Of a DNA stretch of 64,000 nt, positions 26,440-40,596 are shown one piece after another; positions within the stretch are counted from its first letter, which is position 1, and each line of letters begins with the position of its first letter. Origin of the DNA: Octopus vulgaris (taxonomy: Eukaryota). The DNA lies in contig OX597832.1 in assembly GCA_951406725.2 (NCBI GenBank), positions 55,490,001-55,554,000 of the forward strand, written 5' to 3'. Under the pieces are notes generated by a model. It saw nothing but the letters and a program-made list of their open reading frames with translations, ran no database searches and was not told the origin of the DNA. Made by a program: the position numbers and the translations under genes.

Positions 26440-27044
26440 GTGTGTGTGTATATGTATGTATGTTTGTATGTATGTATGATGTATTTGTTTAGTGTATGGG
26501 GGCGCATTTCGTACTGGTGAACGTAAATAAGAGCTTCGCTGTTTGCGGTTAATACTCTGTAATTCTGAGAATCTTATTTATTTCAATACAACAAATATTT
26601 TATTAACGATTTAATAACCTATAGACATACGTAAATATATCGATCCGTCTTTGTCTGTCTATCACAAACACAAACACAAACACACACACACACACGTACG
26701 TACTTACATACACTGATACGTGTATGTATGTAGGTAATATATTTGTCTACACGTAGGTGAGTATGTATGAATGTGTATGAATATGTGTATGTATATATGT
26801 ATACATATAGGTGTGTATTTACGTATGTATGTGAGTGTGTGTACATAAACATATTTCGAGTTCATTTAAACTCTCACTTAATGAATGTATACAAATGAGA
26901 ATGTGTGTATCTGTGTGTTTGTGTATATATGTATGTATGTAAACATATATACATACACACATATATAGGGATGTGTGTGTATGTATGGTTGTATGCAAAT
27001 ATATTTGGAGTTAAACTGTTTTAAATTGTTATTTAGGGAATATA

Positions 27045-27607
27045 TTGGGTTGTCCGGAAAGTTTGTGTCGATTTTTAAAGGAAAGAAAGAGGTCAATAAA
27101 TACTTGCCATTACATTTTTAATCCACCAAATATGAACCATTTTGTTGCACAATGCGTCTCCATCTTTCCTTTAACTTGAAAATACCCTCTTCCCAGGAAT
27201 GAGGTGGTTACATGGCAAAGAATTCATCAAGGTATCTTTTAACGTCATCCAAGGAACTGAAATTTTTACCATTAAGACTATTCTGCAGAGACCTGAATAA
27301 GTGGAAATCCGAAGGAGCAATATCTGGTGAATATGGAGGGTGGGGTAACACATCCCAGCCGAGCTGCAGCAATTTTTGTCTGGTTCCCAAAGCAAGTGCC
27401 GAAGATGAACTTTCTTATCTTCCATTTAAAAGGGTTACAGAATTAACACAGGTTATAGGAATATAAACCTTCTTCCACGAAAAGATAGCTTAAACTGTGC
27501 TCTAAATGGAGGTGTAGTCAAATCCTATTTTATGGACTCAACCATGTTTTAAAATAAGTCGAAATGTAAGCTACTATAAATCGGCACGAACTTTCCGGAC
27601 AACCCAA
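27045..27607 (-). mobile_element. Internally deleted mariner transposon
   Basis: TA-flanked TIRs TTGGGTTGTCCGGAAAGTT / AACTTTCCGGACAACCCAA; transposase piece LGWDVLPHPPYSPDIAPSDFHLFRSLQN. Confidence 0.93.
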
Positions 27608-28143
27608 TATCTACGTGTGTGAGTGTGTATCAGTCTTTGTGTGTGTGTTGAGTGTGTGTATGTGTGTACATGCGTGCGTGTGTGTGTATCTGTGTGTATG
27701 TATGTCTACATAGATTTCAAATTGGCTCAAAGACAGCAAGTTCAAGAGTGGTGATGGAGGGTCTAGTCGCAACTGGTACTTATTATTATCGATCCGGATA
27801 AATGGCAAAGAATTTGAGCTCAGAACGTAAAGACGGACGAAATGCTGCTAAGCCTTTTGTCCGGTGTGCTAACGATTCTGCCCGTTCGCTGTCTTCTGTA
27901 TATGTATATATATAGACGTGCTTTGATGACCAATAATGGAATAAACTAAAACCTGGCAATGAAACCGTATAAACAGACGCAACTTGGTGTAACGAACGAA
28001 ACAAGCGTAAACGTTCTTGCATCAAATGACTGTGGTAGGTCTTCGTAATTTTGACTCTATACAACAAGAGTAGTAACCTTATGAAACGCTGCAACGAAGA
28101 CATGAAATGGAGATGAGGCATAATGGATAGAAAATTACAAATA

Positions 28144-28518
28144 CTAGCAATATCGCCCGGCGTTGCTCGGGTTTGTTTCGAATTTTTGAAAAGTAAAAAT
28201 GTTGTATTATGTAGCTTGTTATTCGCTTTAAGTGAACATTTTTCTGGTTGAAATACACCGAAAAATGGTGACACAGCAGTCAAAAAATTGTAAAAAATAG
28301 GGATTTTCATAGAAAAAAAAGCACCTTTTTGATGTAAATAATTTTTAGTGTTAACATGGTCCGATTTGAATTTTTTCTTCTACGGAAGGAACGGCAAGCC
28401 TTCTATCATACTCTCAATTCTGGTCAACTTGCGCCGCAGGGTCTCGGAGAATATAGTGTTAGTTGAAGGCTACCAAACCTGCCATACACAGACAACTTCA
28501 GCTTTATATATAGAGAGA
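28144..28518 (-). mobile_element. Non-autonomous Helitron, different interior
   Basis: Same 3' hairpin + CTAG as 3018-3416, 5' TCTCTCTATATA, A|T target. Confidence 0.82.
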
Positions 28519-29256
28519 TTTAGTTCTTAAGTACTAAAGCAGAGAACAGAATAACGTTGATGTCTTAAGTAAAGCGAATCAAAGCTAATATAGGACAAGT
28601 GCGAATAGAAGCGATGCTGGGGAAAAGTACGCAGTTATGCAAATAAGTGTTCGAAGAAAAGTCTCTGATTAGGAAGAAGGGAGATATACAGAAAAAAAGT
28701 GTCGTGGAGTGGAGCCCAGTCGAAAAACGAAGAAAATAAGCGAGTGAGGAAATGAGAAAGATGGAAGAGGTATTTTAATTCTGTGAGGGAAGTAGACGGA
28801 GTTGAGTGATTGAAAGAGGATGTGGAGAAGGAAGGAAAGAGAGAAAGAGAATGAGAGAGAGAGAGAGGGGGGTGGGAGAGAGGGACAGACAGATAGAGTC
28901 AGAGACAGAGAGACAGACAGAGAGAGTCAGAGGCAGAGTTCAGTTACAGATAGAGAAGAATGAAAGAGGGAAGATACAGATAGGAAAAACGATAGAGACT
29001 GGTGGAAGGAAGAAGGAAAGAGACTAATAGATGGACGAAAGAAAGAAAGAAAGAAAGAAAGAAGGGAAGAAAGAGAAACGCAGTGGGGAAGAAAAAAACG
29101 AAGGGTATAAATGAGAAGAAATGGCGGCTCGTAAACGATATGATACACAGGAGAGGAGAAGAGAGTGCGTGCGTTGCTGATCAGAACTTGAACGCGTTAA
29201 GCATGGAGAGCGAAGATGATTAAAACAAAAGAAATTGAATACACATATTCTCTTTC

Positions 29257-29323
<67 letters not shown>

Positions 29324-30356
29324 AACACAGTGCACACTCGGCGTACATACGGGCATTTATAATAATAGCGCTTTTATATGATTGGGTATTTGTATTTTTA
29401 CGTGTGCACTCTCTTCTTCTCACCGTATACATTTTAAAGAGATTTATAAAGTTGTTTGTTGTATATTCATATAAGTACAAGGTGATTGCCCCATCGTTAT
29501 CGATGATTGCCGTCTCTTCTTTCGTCAGTCGAATTCCAGATTATCTTTGCAGTTTCGGCAGATTATATATATATATATATATAAACAACCAATTACCTCC
29601 CTTTATTTGTCTACTTGTGAAGTTATTCACTCATGAATTTCATCACACACAACATGGACTAAATTTCTTCTTAAGCAAAAATATATATTCATATAAATTA
29701 AACATTATATCATGAATAGCAATAGCGAAACCGGTCGATATATTAAAAATTATATTAAAACCATGTAAGTGTGCATATTTTCCTTTTTTAATTTCTTATA
29801 TATATATATATATTCACAATGCTTCCGCATTGTCAATGGCATTTTTAACTTGCCGTCCATGACCTCTCAGATGACTATTCAGTCCCGCTGCATATCTGGA
29901 TAACAGTGCGCTTCTAGCTGCTTAAGTCTACCCACGACGCCACTTCTCCATCTCCGTAGCGCTTTCAGTTGATGGAATGATGAATGAGGTAACGGCAAAG
30001 AGACATCTGCACATCACTGGATTACCGTGATAAACGATTGTCTAACACGAATGCCTCTCTCTGAATCTCTGTATTCGGAGACAGGCCGACGCGAGATAAC
30101 CTGAAATTAGGTGAAACTTCAGGTTTTTACATCAGAGTGACACCCCCTCCTTTCCTTCTAGAAGGCGAGGGGACAATTCTGATGCGACAACAGCTTGTGT
30201 TCCATAACTCCCGGTGGTTTTAATTGGATGGCCATTGGCTCTGCTGAGTTCATCCGCCTTTTGACGGTCTCCTTTTTCATCCCACATAAACGTACATACA
30301 TACATACATACATACATACATACACACTCTCTCTCACACACACACGAATATATGAA

Positions 30357-30471
<115 letters not shown>

Positions 30472-30528
30472 TTATCTATCTGTCTATAAGTAATGTTTAT
30501 CGCCGCCTGGTGGCGCTAGTTTGCTATA

Positions 30529-30569
<41 letters not shown>

Positions 30570-30774
30570 TTCTTGAAAGTCTATGAGAATTACTTAATAC
30601 GGTTTTCAAGTATAAAGGTGAATTTTGAAATAAGAAATTATTAAAAAAAAAATTTTTATAAATCTTTTATCAGGATATTGCTAACCTTTTCGGGGAAGAA
30701 GTGTTTTTCCTAGTGTGTGAGCGCTTTCGTTTAACCTTTTCAAACACACGTGCTCTTAAATTGGAAGCTGTTAC

Positions 30775-30841
<67 letters not shown>

Positions 30842-31624
30842 AACACACACACACAAAACACGCAAACACACATACCATTGTGAGCCGTATATACATACAT
30901 GCATACATATCTATCTTAATATCTAACTATATATTTCTGTCTGTGTATGTATGTATGTGCGTTTAACATATGTGCGAATTTGTATTTTGTCATGAAAATG
31001 TGGAGAGAGTTAAGGACAAAGGGAGGTAAGTAAAGAGTTCGTGTTTATGGCGAAGGCAAAAAGAATCAAATTAAAAATAAAGTCGTTAGTTTATTATAAA
31101 AGGAAAACGCATTCATGTACGTGGTCTGCCCTAGCGGGCAGATATCTCAAGGGAGATAATCACTTCAAGATTAAGCATTGCCGGAAAAAGAAGCTTAAAT
31201 ATTAAATCGAAGAGCAATGAATTTGCACGGAACATGCATATTTAATGTTTTATCTTTTACTCATTACAAAGACATTAAAATTTCTTGTTGTAGGCACTTT
31301 GTGATAAGAAGTTTGCTTCCCAACCACATAGTTCTGGGTTCAATCGTTTATCACGGTAATCCAGTGATGTGCAGATGTCTCTTTCTCGTGACCTCATTCA
31401 TCATTCCATCAACTGATGGCCAGATAACCGAAGGTCAGAGAACCGAAGAGATGGTGTTGTGGATTTCCACTTCGGCATCCGAAACTCAGAGTTTTATCTT
31501 GGCTTTTGAATAATTGTCACATATTATTTTACAGATAAATTTCCTCTATTTACATAATATTGAGGTCTCTTTCTTTCTTTTGTTATCTTACCGTTTTTAC
31601 CAATATGTATATATATATATATAT

Positions 31625-31852
31625 TTCTTTACTACCCACAAGGGGCCAAACACAGAAGGGACAAACAAGGACAGACAAAGGGATTAAGTCGATTACATCG
31701 ACCCCAGTGCGTAACTGGTACTTAATTTATCGACCCCGAAAGGATGAAAGGCAAAGTCGACCTCGGCGGAATTTGAACTCGGAACGTAACGACAGACGAA
31801 ATACTGCTACGAATTTCGCCCAGCGTGCTAACGTTTCTACCAGCTCGCCGCC
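31625..31852 (-). mobile_element. SINE family B
   Basis: Reverse complement of head and first unit. Confidence 0.85.
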
Positions 31853-31884
<32 letters not shown>

Positions 31885-31962
31885 CTTTATTTAAAGCAGC
31901 AGAAAATTCAACAAAACCTGTTACACTGAGTTTCCCGTTGCCGTTCATCGGACAGTTTTTGC

Positions 31963-32253
31963 TAAATTATAAATTAGAGATAAAACCACTATTATGCAAT
32001 TCAAACAATGATAGACATAAACCAAAGCATAAATAACAAATAAAAAATATATTTATAAAACATGTAATTAGATCACAAAATGAATCAAAATGAATAATCA
32101 ATATATAATATATATTGATTATTCATTTTTATACTTTTTGTGATCTAATTATATGTTTTATAAAAATATATTTTATTTGTTATTTATGCTTTGGTTTATG
32201 TCTAACACTGTTTGAATTGCATAATAGTGGTTTTATCTCTAATTTATAATTTA
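31963..32253. repeat. ~145 bp-arm imperfect palindrome
   Basis: TAAATTATAAATTAGAGATAAAACCAC...GTGGTTTTATCTCTAATTTATAATTTA, centre near 32108. Confidence 0.93.
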
Positions 32254-32331
32254 TATTTTATATATTTATATTGTGAAATTTGATTTAATACTAAATTAAA
32301 TTTTTCCCTGTAAGTTTTGAGTTATACTCCC

Positions 32332-32413
<82 letters not shown>

Positions 32414-32523
32414 TCAAAGAAATTCCAGCTTTGATTCTTACATTTTAATTACAGTCTTATAATAATATAATATAAGATAATATAATATGACGAAATGATA
32501 GAATATTAAATAGCCATTCTGAT

Positions 32524-32568
32524 TGAACTAGTACTTTCATGCATTACACCATGCAATCTTCAGGTTCA
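32524..32568 (-). ncRNA. Minimal (Penelope-type) hammerhead ribozyme
   Basis: Minus strand TGAAC-CTGAAGA-tTGCAT ggtgta ATGCAt-GAAA-GTAC-TA-GTTCA; palindromic stem III AGTACT. Confidence 0.7.
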
Positions 32569-33252
32569 TATAGTAGTGGTGACAGTTATGCTTCACTAGT
32601 TACAACTGTAGTGAGATGGCTAAAATGTTTGCCTTAAATACATTTGTATAAACTCCAGAATGTTAATTTTTGCAAACTGTTTTCTGACCAATCAGTGTGT
32701 GGCTTTACTAAATCACTTAAGTTGATTGGTGTTTGGGTTAGGTATCACGGTTTGTTGAACATGTCAAGAGACCGGTATTTTGACCCTGGCCAAAGCAGTA
32801 ATTGTTTGGCTATTTTTAGAAATGTAAACAACATTTGCCAGGGATTTTTACATTTCAGTTATCATCATCACCATTATCAACACCTTTATTATCGTTGTCG
32901 TTGGCAGTGGCGGTGGTAGGGGTAGCTGTGGTAATAGAACTTTAAACCCTAAATAAGATGATTTTAACTGACTTTTCTCTTGACCTCGCTAGAATTCTCC
33001 TGCTATCGTCATCATGAGAACCTTTAGTATTTTTGTTGATGTTAGTAGTAGTGGTCGTAGCAGTAAAACTTTAAGTATTAGTATTATTGTTTATTTAGCT
33101 TGGGTTTTGGTATTATTGTTTATTGTTTTATTATTTTTAGTATTGTTGTTTATTTAGCTTTATTTAAGAATAAAGTTCTTTTCTTTGATTTTTATCTCGA
33201 TTTCACTTGGACTGTGTAGTTTGTGGAATGAAAATATATTTTCCGACCACAT

Positions 33253-33660
33253 GCAGGAGTGGATGTGTGGTAAGTAGCTTGCTAACCAACCACATGGTTC
33301 CGGGTTCAGTCCCACTGCGTGGCATCTTGGGCAAGTGTCTTCTGCTATAGCCCCGGGCCGACCAATGCCTTGTGAGTGGATTTGGTAGACGGAAACTGAA
33401 AGAAGCCTGTCGTATATATGTATACATATATATATGTATGTGTGTGTGTTTGTGTGTCTGTGTTTGTCCCCCTAGCATTGCTTGACAACCGATGCTGGTG
33501 TGTTTACGTCCCCGTCACTTAGCGGTTCGGCAAAAGAGACCGATAGAATAAGTACTGGGCTTACAAAGAATAAGTCCCGGGGTCGATTTGCTCGACTAAA
33601 GGCGGTGCTCCAGCATGGCCGCAGTCAAATGACTGAAACAAGTAAAATAGTAAAAGAGTA
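33253..33660 (+). mobile_element. SINE family A, full length, nearly identical to 2337-2760
   Basis: Shares diagnostic variants (GCTAACC, GGCATCTTGG, AATGCC, CCTAGCATTG). Confidence 0.92.
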
Positions 33661-33861
33661 TGCTGCTATATGGTTACTCAAAGGTACCTGACGGACATCT
33701 GGTTCTCTAATTTGCTGTCGGTGCACACGTGTACGTTCTGATAGTGCTATATATAGTTCTTCACAATTCGGACATTTGATGCACTAAATTAAATTTCTGT
33801 TTTTGCAGTTCATATTTGCGTTTGTGAATATTTCCCGGTTTTTGTGTTCATATATTGGCCG

Positions 33862-34222
33862 GTTTGTTTCAGTCAATTGACTGCGGCCATGCTGGAGTAC
33901 TGCCTTTAGTTGAGCAAATCGACCCCAGGACTTATTCCTTGTAAGCCTAGTACTTATTCTGTCGGTCTCTTTTGCCGAACCGCTAAGTTACGGGGACGTA
34001 AACAGACCAGCATCGGTTGTCAATCGATGTTGGGGGGGGGGGACAAACACAGACAAACAAACATATACACACATATACATACATATATACATATATACGA
34101 CGGGCTTCTTTTCAGTTTCCGTCTACCAAATCCACCCACAAGGCTTTGGTTAGCCCGAGGCTATAGTAGAAGACACTTGCCTAAGGTGCCACTCAGTGGG
34201 AATGAACTCGGAACCATGTGGC
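33862..34222 (-). mobile_element. SINE family A
   Basis: Reverse complement match. Confidence 0.88.
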
Positions 34223-35032
34223 TGAAAAATAAATTTAAGAGTCAAAAGACAAAGGATAGGTAATCATGTATAGCGCTATTTCGTTCTTATTTGAAATCGT
34301 CAGCATTACTTAACACGAGGTCAATCAATTTAATAATATTAAACATTTTTACAAAGCAAGACATTCCTATTTGATGGGAAATAATTACAATTTGAAAGAC
34401 ATTCAAGATACTTCAACGATTTTTCATGTTAATAACTCCGGACTATATAGACTATAAAAATTCATGCAACGTCGTTCAATCCATTTTAATATGCGCAATT
34501 GAACGGGTGAGTATATACGTTTTTTTATTATTGTTTAACCCTAAGCTAGCCGGTGGAGCAGATATATGAAGGAAGGCATTTCAGTTGTCTTTGGTCTTAC
34601 TCGCAGAGAACTCAGAATCATGTTATCCAGTATGTTCTTTTCTAAGACGGTGCTGGCTGATTTGATGGAGATTTGGGTCACTCGGCTAGAAATAGCTAGA
34701 AATAGCTAGAAATAGCAGGCAAATCTCCCGCGAACTAGCTCCTCTTCGCTTCTGTCTTATTAATGAAAGATTCATTGGTTAGTGTTGTACTTGATGTGCT
34801 GTATTTGGGGGAAAAAAAAGGAAAAAAGGAAAAAGATCGTCGAGTCAATCAGAGATGAACAACAATAACATCATCCTTATCATCGTTGTCATCATCATCA
34901 TCGTCATCATTGTTGTCGTCACCGTCGTCGTCGTCATCATTATTATTATCATCGTTATATTTTAATCTGTCTCAGCCACAGGTTTGCTCGATCGGAACCG
35001 AAAAACTAACAATAACAACACGATGGCAACGA

Positions 35033-35059
35033 CATCATCATTATCACCATCATCATCAC

Positions 35060-35121
<62 letters not shown>

Positions 35122-35227
35122 CCACCACCACCACCACCACCACCACCACCACCACCATCATCAACGTCATCATCATCGTCATCGTCATCATCATCGTCAT
35201 CGTTATCGTCGTCGTCATCGTCATCGT
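35033..35227. repeat. (CAT)n/(CAC)n/(CGT) compound microsatellite
   Basis: Directly visible. Confidence 0.95.
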
Positions 35228-35771
35228 GCTTAAAGTAATTGCTTTAGAAACTTAAGTATTTAAATTCCATTTTATGAATGCACGAAAAAGTAAATATGCA
35301 TATCAAGACATTTTATTGGAAATCCCCGACAGTGCGGCTTTCTAGAAATAGTGCAAAATATTTTGGGCGGCCCCATCATAATATCTACCTACCACATTGC
35401 GGCTGGTTAAAAAGCAAAAAAAAAAAAATAATAAATAAAAATAAAAATAAAAAGAACCTGCTGGTATAATGAAAAGGAAAGCGATTTTAGAACGTTAACC
35501 TGACACTTGAAATAAAACGCTCGGAGTTATTTTCAATTATTTGGCAACGAATTAGGAGAAGCAGGGTGTCGGATAGAATGACAAGCGGTATTTAGTGACG
35601 CCATTTTAACTTCTCTGCATGACTCTGTAACTTTAGTTGACATTGGTTTCACTTCGGAGGTCGATAACCGGAGGACCAGTCATACTACGCTGTTGATAAT
35701 ATCAATTATATTAGCCAGTCAAAAGACACACAAAGGCTGTTAGTTACCTCACTTAAGTAGTTATTATTTTT

Positions 35772-35914
35772 TTTCTACTCTAGGCACAAGGCGCAAAATC
35801 TTGGGAAAGGGGGCCAGTCGATTAGATCGACTCCAGTACGCAACTGGTACTTAATTTATCAACCCCGAAAGGATGAAAGGCAAAGTCGACCTCGACGGAA
35901 TTTGAACTCAGAAC
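35772..35914 (-). mobile_element. SINE family B 3' part
   Basis: Reverse complement of tail and unit. Confidence 0.8.
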
Positions 35915-36142
35915 CTGACTTCACAGTTTGTGTTTTCACAACTTATTGGAAATTCCTCAAAACAAGATCCTGTGTAAGACAGTTCGGTATTCTCTGTAAA
36001 TGCACAAAAATCGTTTTAAGGGCTACATACTTTGTATTGTTGTTATTGAATTAGCGAAACAATTATGAGAATCGAACCAAAGGATAAACCCTACTTTCCC
36101 GGGAATTACTGGGTACGTCAGCTAGTATATTTATATAATATT

Positions 36143-36282
36143 ATATATGTATTAAATGAAATAAATGAAAAACAGGACGCAAAGGATGTTGCGGTACATA
36201 TGTTTCGGGCTTTATAGAACAACATATGTACCGCAACATCCTTTGCGTCCTGTTTTTCATTTATTTCATTTGATACATATAT
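36143..36282. repeat. ~60 bp-arm inverted repeat
   Basis: AAATGAAATAAATGAAAAACAGGACGCAAAGGATGTTGCGGTACATATGTT and its reverse complement, ~16 nt spacer. Confidence 0.93.
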
Positions 36283-36377
36283 CCTATCACCTATGCCACT
36301 AGCTGGCATATACAGGTGCTTACATTTATCAAGTATTCACCCTGAATATATAATATTATATATATACACACATAAAA

Positions 36378-36725
36378 GAAATTTGCTTCCCAGCAAGCTT
36401 AAGGTTCAGTCCCACTGAGTGACACTTTGAGCAGCTGTCTTCTACTTTAACCTCGGGCCGACCAGAGCCTTGTGAGTGGATTTGGTAGTCGGAAACTGAA
36501 AGAAGCCCGTACGCACACACACATACATATATATGCATATGTCCCCGACCACCGTTTGTCAACCGGTGTTTGTGCTTTTGTGTTCCCGTAACTTAGTGAT
36601 TCGACAAAAGAGACTGATAGAATAAGTACCCGGCTTTAAAAGAAAATAAGCACTAAAAATTCTGCAAGGTGGTGCCCCAGCATGGCCGCAGTCTCATAAC
36701 TAATGACTGAAAAGAGTAAAAGATA
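36378..36725 (+). mobile_element. SINE family A, diverged
   Basis: Matches family A. Confidence 0.78.
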
Positions 36726-37407
36726 GAATACACACACACGCACGCACAGACATACTCACAAGTACAGACACAGTCACACATACACAGACACATTCACAGA
36801 CACATGTGCACACACATACATACACACACACACAAACACACGCACATAAAGATACAAACACACACACACACACATGCATATATGTATGTACTTCTCTCAT
36901 ACTTAGTAGGAATCATCAAAGAAAAAAAAAAAAACAGATCTTTATTTTTTTAAGCCGAGAAGAAACGGCATTAATAATTCTTTGTTGCAGCATGCGGAAA
37001 AATATGTCTTTTTATCGACTATAAATAGTCGCGATGCTACCAATATCTATTTCTAAAATGGGACAGATTCTCTTTCTTTTCTCTATGAGCATTTTTAGAG
37101 CAGAAATAGGACTCCTTTCATCGGATTTCCTTGAACCAGTTCTATGAATCGTTAACGTTTCCGCTAATTATGCTCCAATCACTTTTCAGAAAATCTTTTC
37201 GTTCAGATCCAATCAATTGTTCTTTACATTCCTTGAATGATCAAACTGAAATATTTCATCGTTTTCTTCTTGTTATTTATATCATATTATAGTTATGTAT
37301 TTATTTATGCTTTCCATTTAGTTAGGATCGGAGATATAGCACTGGGATCCCATTCAGGACTCTCCGTGAAGCTTATAAAGAAGAGATGAATTTATGGACA
37401 AATAAAT

Positions 37408-37800
37408 AGGCGTAGGAGTGGCTGTGTGGTAAGTAGCTTGCTTACCAACCACATGGTTCTGGGTTCATTCCCACTGCGTGGCACCTTGGGCAAGTGTCTT
37501 CTACTATAGCCTCGGGCCGACCAAGCCTTGTGAGTGGATTTGGTAGACGGAAACTGAAAGAAGCCCGTCGTATATATGTGTATATGTTTGTGTGTGTGTG
37601 TTTGCCCCCCCCCCCAACATAGCTTGATAACCGATGCTGGTGTGTTTGCGTCCCCCGTAACTTAGCGGTTCGGCAAAAGAGACCGATAGTATAAGTACTA
37701 GGCTTACAAAGAATAAGTCCTGGGGTCGATTTGCTCGACTAAAGGCGGTGTTCCAGCATGGCCACAGTCAAAATGACTGAAACAAGTAAAAGAGTAAACA
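37408..37800 (+). mobile_element. SINE family A, full length
   Basis: Matches family A consensus-like copy. Confidence 0.92.
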
Positions 37801-38078
37801 AAGAGCAGATATGGCTGCGTGGTAAAAAGCTTGCTTTCCAACCACATGGTTCCGGGTTCAGTGCCACGGCATGGCATCTTGAAGCCTTGTGAGTGGGATT
37901 CTTAAACTGAAACTAAAGGAAGCCCGTCGACCATAGTGTAGCAACTGAACCAAATAAAAGATTGGTTACAGGTTCAGTCCCACTGCGTGGCACCTTGGGC
38001 AGGTGTCTTCTACTACAGCCTTGGGCCAACCAAAGCCTTATGGGTGGATTTGGGAGACGGAAACTGAAAGAAGCCAGT

Positions 38079-38137
<59 letters not shown>

Positions 38138-38327
38138 CAATTTGTAACAACCAATAATTAACGCAACCAAACTTCTACATGTTACTTTTGACAATCTTTT
38201 TCCAAAGAGTGAAACCGGTAAAGTAAATAAACATCATTGAATTATTTTATAATATATTTTAAATTGCATTTTCAAACCTTCTTTCGTATATAATTCCACT
38301 CGTGCGGTACCCTACAACTCCACGTTG

Positions 38328-38393
<66 letters not shown>

Positions 38394-38544
38394 TAAATAC
38401 ACATATGAGAGGGAAAACCACTATGTGGACACATGTGAAAGATATATGTGAGTTTCTATATTTAGTGTCTATGTATTTGTTCCCTACCAATCAACCGGTG
38501 TTCGCTTGTTTACGTTCCCGTAACAGTAGGGCTTCAGTATTAGA

Positions 38545-38935
38545 GGTTTTACTTCTTTGAACTGCGACCATTCTGGGGTACAGCCATCAAGGGTCTAGTC
38601 GAACAAATTGACCCCATTACTTATAACTCTTTAAAATCTTGTACTTATTGTTTCCGTCTATTATGCCAAACAGATAAGTTACAAGTACGTAAACAAGCCA
38701 ACACCGGTTATCAAGTGTTGGTGGGGGACAAACACACACACACACACACACACACGCAGATATATATGCACGACGGGCTTCTTTCTGTTTCCGCCTACCA
38801 AATCCACTCACAAGGCCTTGGTCGGCCCAGGCTATGATTAAAAGACTCTTGTCTAAGTTGCAACGAAGTGGGACTGAACCCGGAACCATGTAGCTGGAAA
38901 GCAGTCTATTTACCACACAGCTACTCCTGACCCTA
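38545..38935 (-). mobile_element. SINE family A, diverged
   Basis: Reverse complement match. Confidence 0.78.
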
Positions 38936-39035
38936 CACACACACACACACAGACACACACACAGAGCATGACCGCAGCTGCATGGCTGAAACAAATAAAA
39001 GATTAAAAGAATACTTATAAATCTCTCTCTCACTC

Positions 39036-39083
<48 letters not shown>

Positions 39084-39125
39084 TATGTATGTATGTATGT
39101 ATGTATGTATGTATGTATGTATCTA

Positions 39126-39233
<108 letters not shown>

Positions 39234-39287
39234 TACATACAACGGACTTCTTATATCTGTATATATACATATATATCAGTGTGTATG

Positions 39288-39363
<76 letters not shown>

Positions 39364-40098
39364 CACACACACACATATATACAACGGACTTCTTTCAGTT
39401 TCCTTTTATCAAATCCACTTGTAAGGCTTTGGCCTGTCTCAGACTACACTAGAATATACAGCCACGCCTGCACCTATACAAATGTCCTCACAATTACATC
39501 CCATATACGAACTCAATTTCTCGCCATTCTTCAAATAAAACGCGTCCCTCACACCTACATCCTACACCACACAGACCCTACATCCAGCGTTTTCTAATTT
39601 CGCAAATGGGACCCCATTCCCTTCCCTTCCGATACGCCGCCTCTTTCACAAATCTTCTAAAGAAATATGTCCTCACACAATTTACTTCCGCTGATTCTTA
39701 TAAATCGTATCCTTACCGTTTATTTTCTCTGAGTTTCAATTACTCCCAATAAATTTCTTCTTGCTTTTCTGCCAGTTGTTGTTGTTGTTGTTGTTGTGGT
39801 TGCTATTAGTTACGGTTGTGTAAATGGCGGGGAGTGGGGGATACTGTGCTGTTTCTTGTATTTCAGATAATGTCCATTATACGTTTGCATCTCCTGTTTC
39901 TCCCTCGCTGTAACCCGCCACTCTCTTACTCTATCCTCGGTCTTACTCTCACTATGACCCATCACTGTCTCACTTTACACTCTCTTTCTCTCTCACACAC
40001 TTTCTTTCTTTATTCTTCTTCCCCCCCACATCCATTTCTCTGCTTCCTGTTTGCTTTGTCTCACATGTTACGTCCAGCTATTACAAACACACATTTAC

Positions 40099-40180
<82 letters not shown>

Positions 40181-40186
40181 GTCTCC

Positions 40187-40266
<80 letters not shown>

Positions 40267-40473
40267 ATAATAAATCTCTGAACGAGGCATAGACAGTAAC
40301 TGCACGACAATGTGAAGTATATTTGCCATATAAATATGGCTAACCACTAAGGGTGGGTGTTACTGTAGCTTGTAGCCCCAGGAGAACATCTCCAGCTGGC
40401 TATTGACACACCTTCTGTGCCCCATCGGCATTTGCAAAGGTAGGTCATCCTTCCCTCGTCAACCTAAGTGATA

Positions 40474-40596
<123 letters not shown>

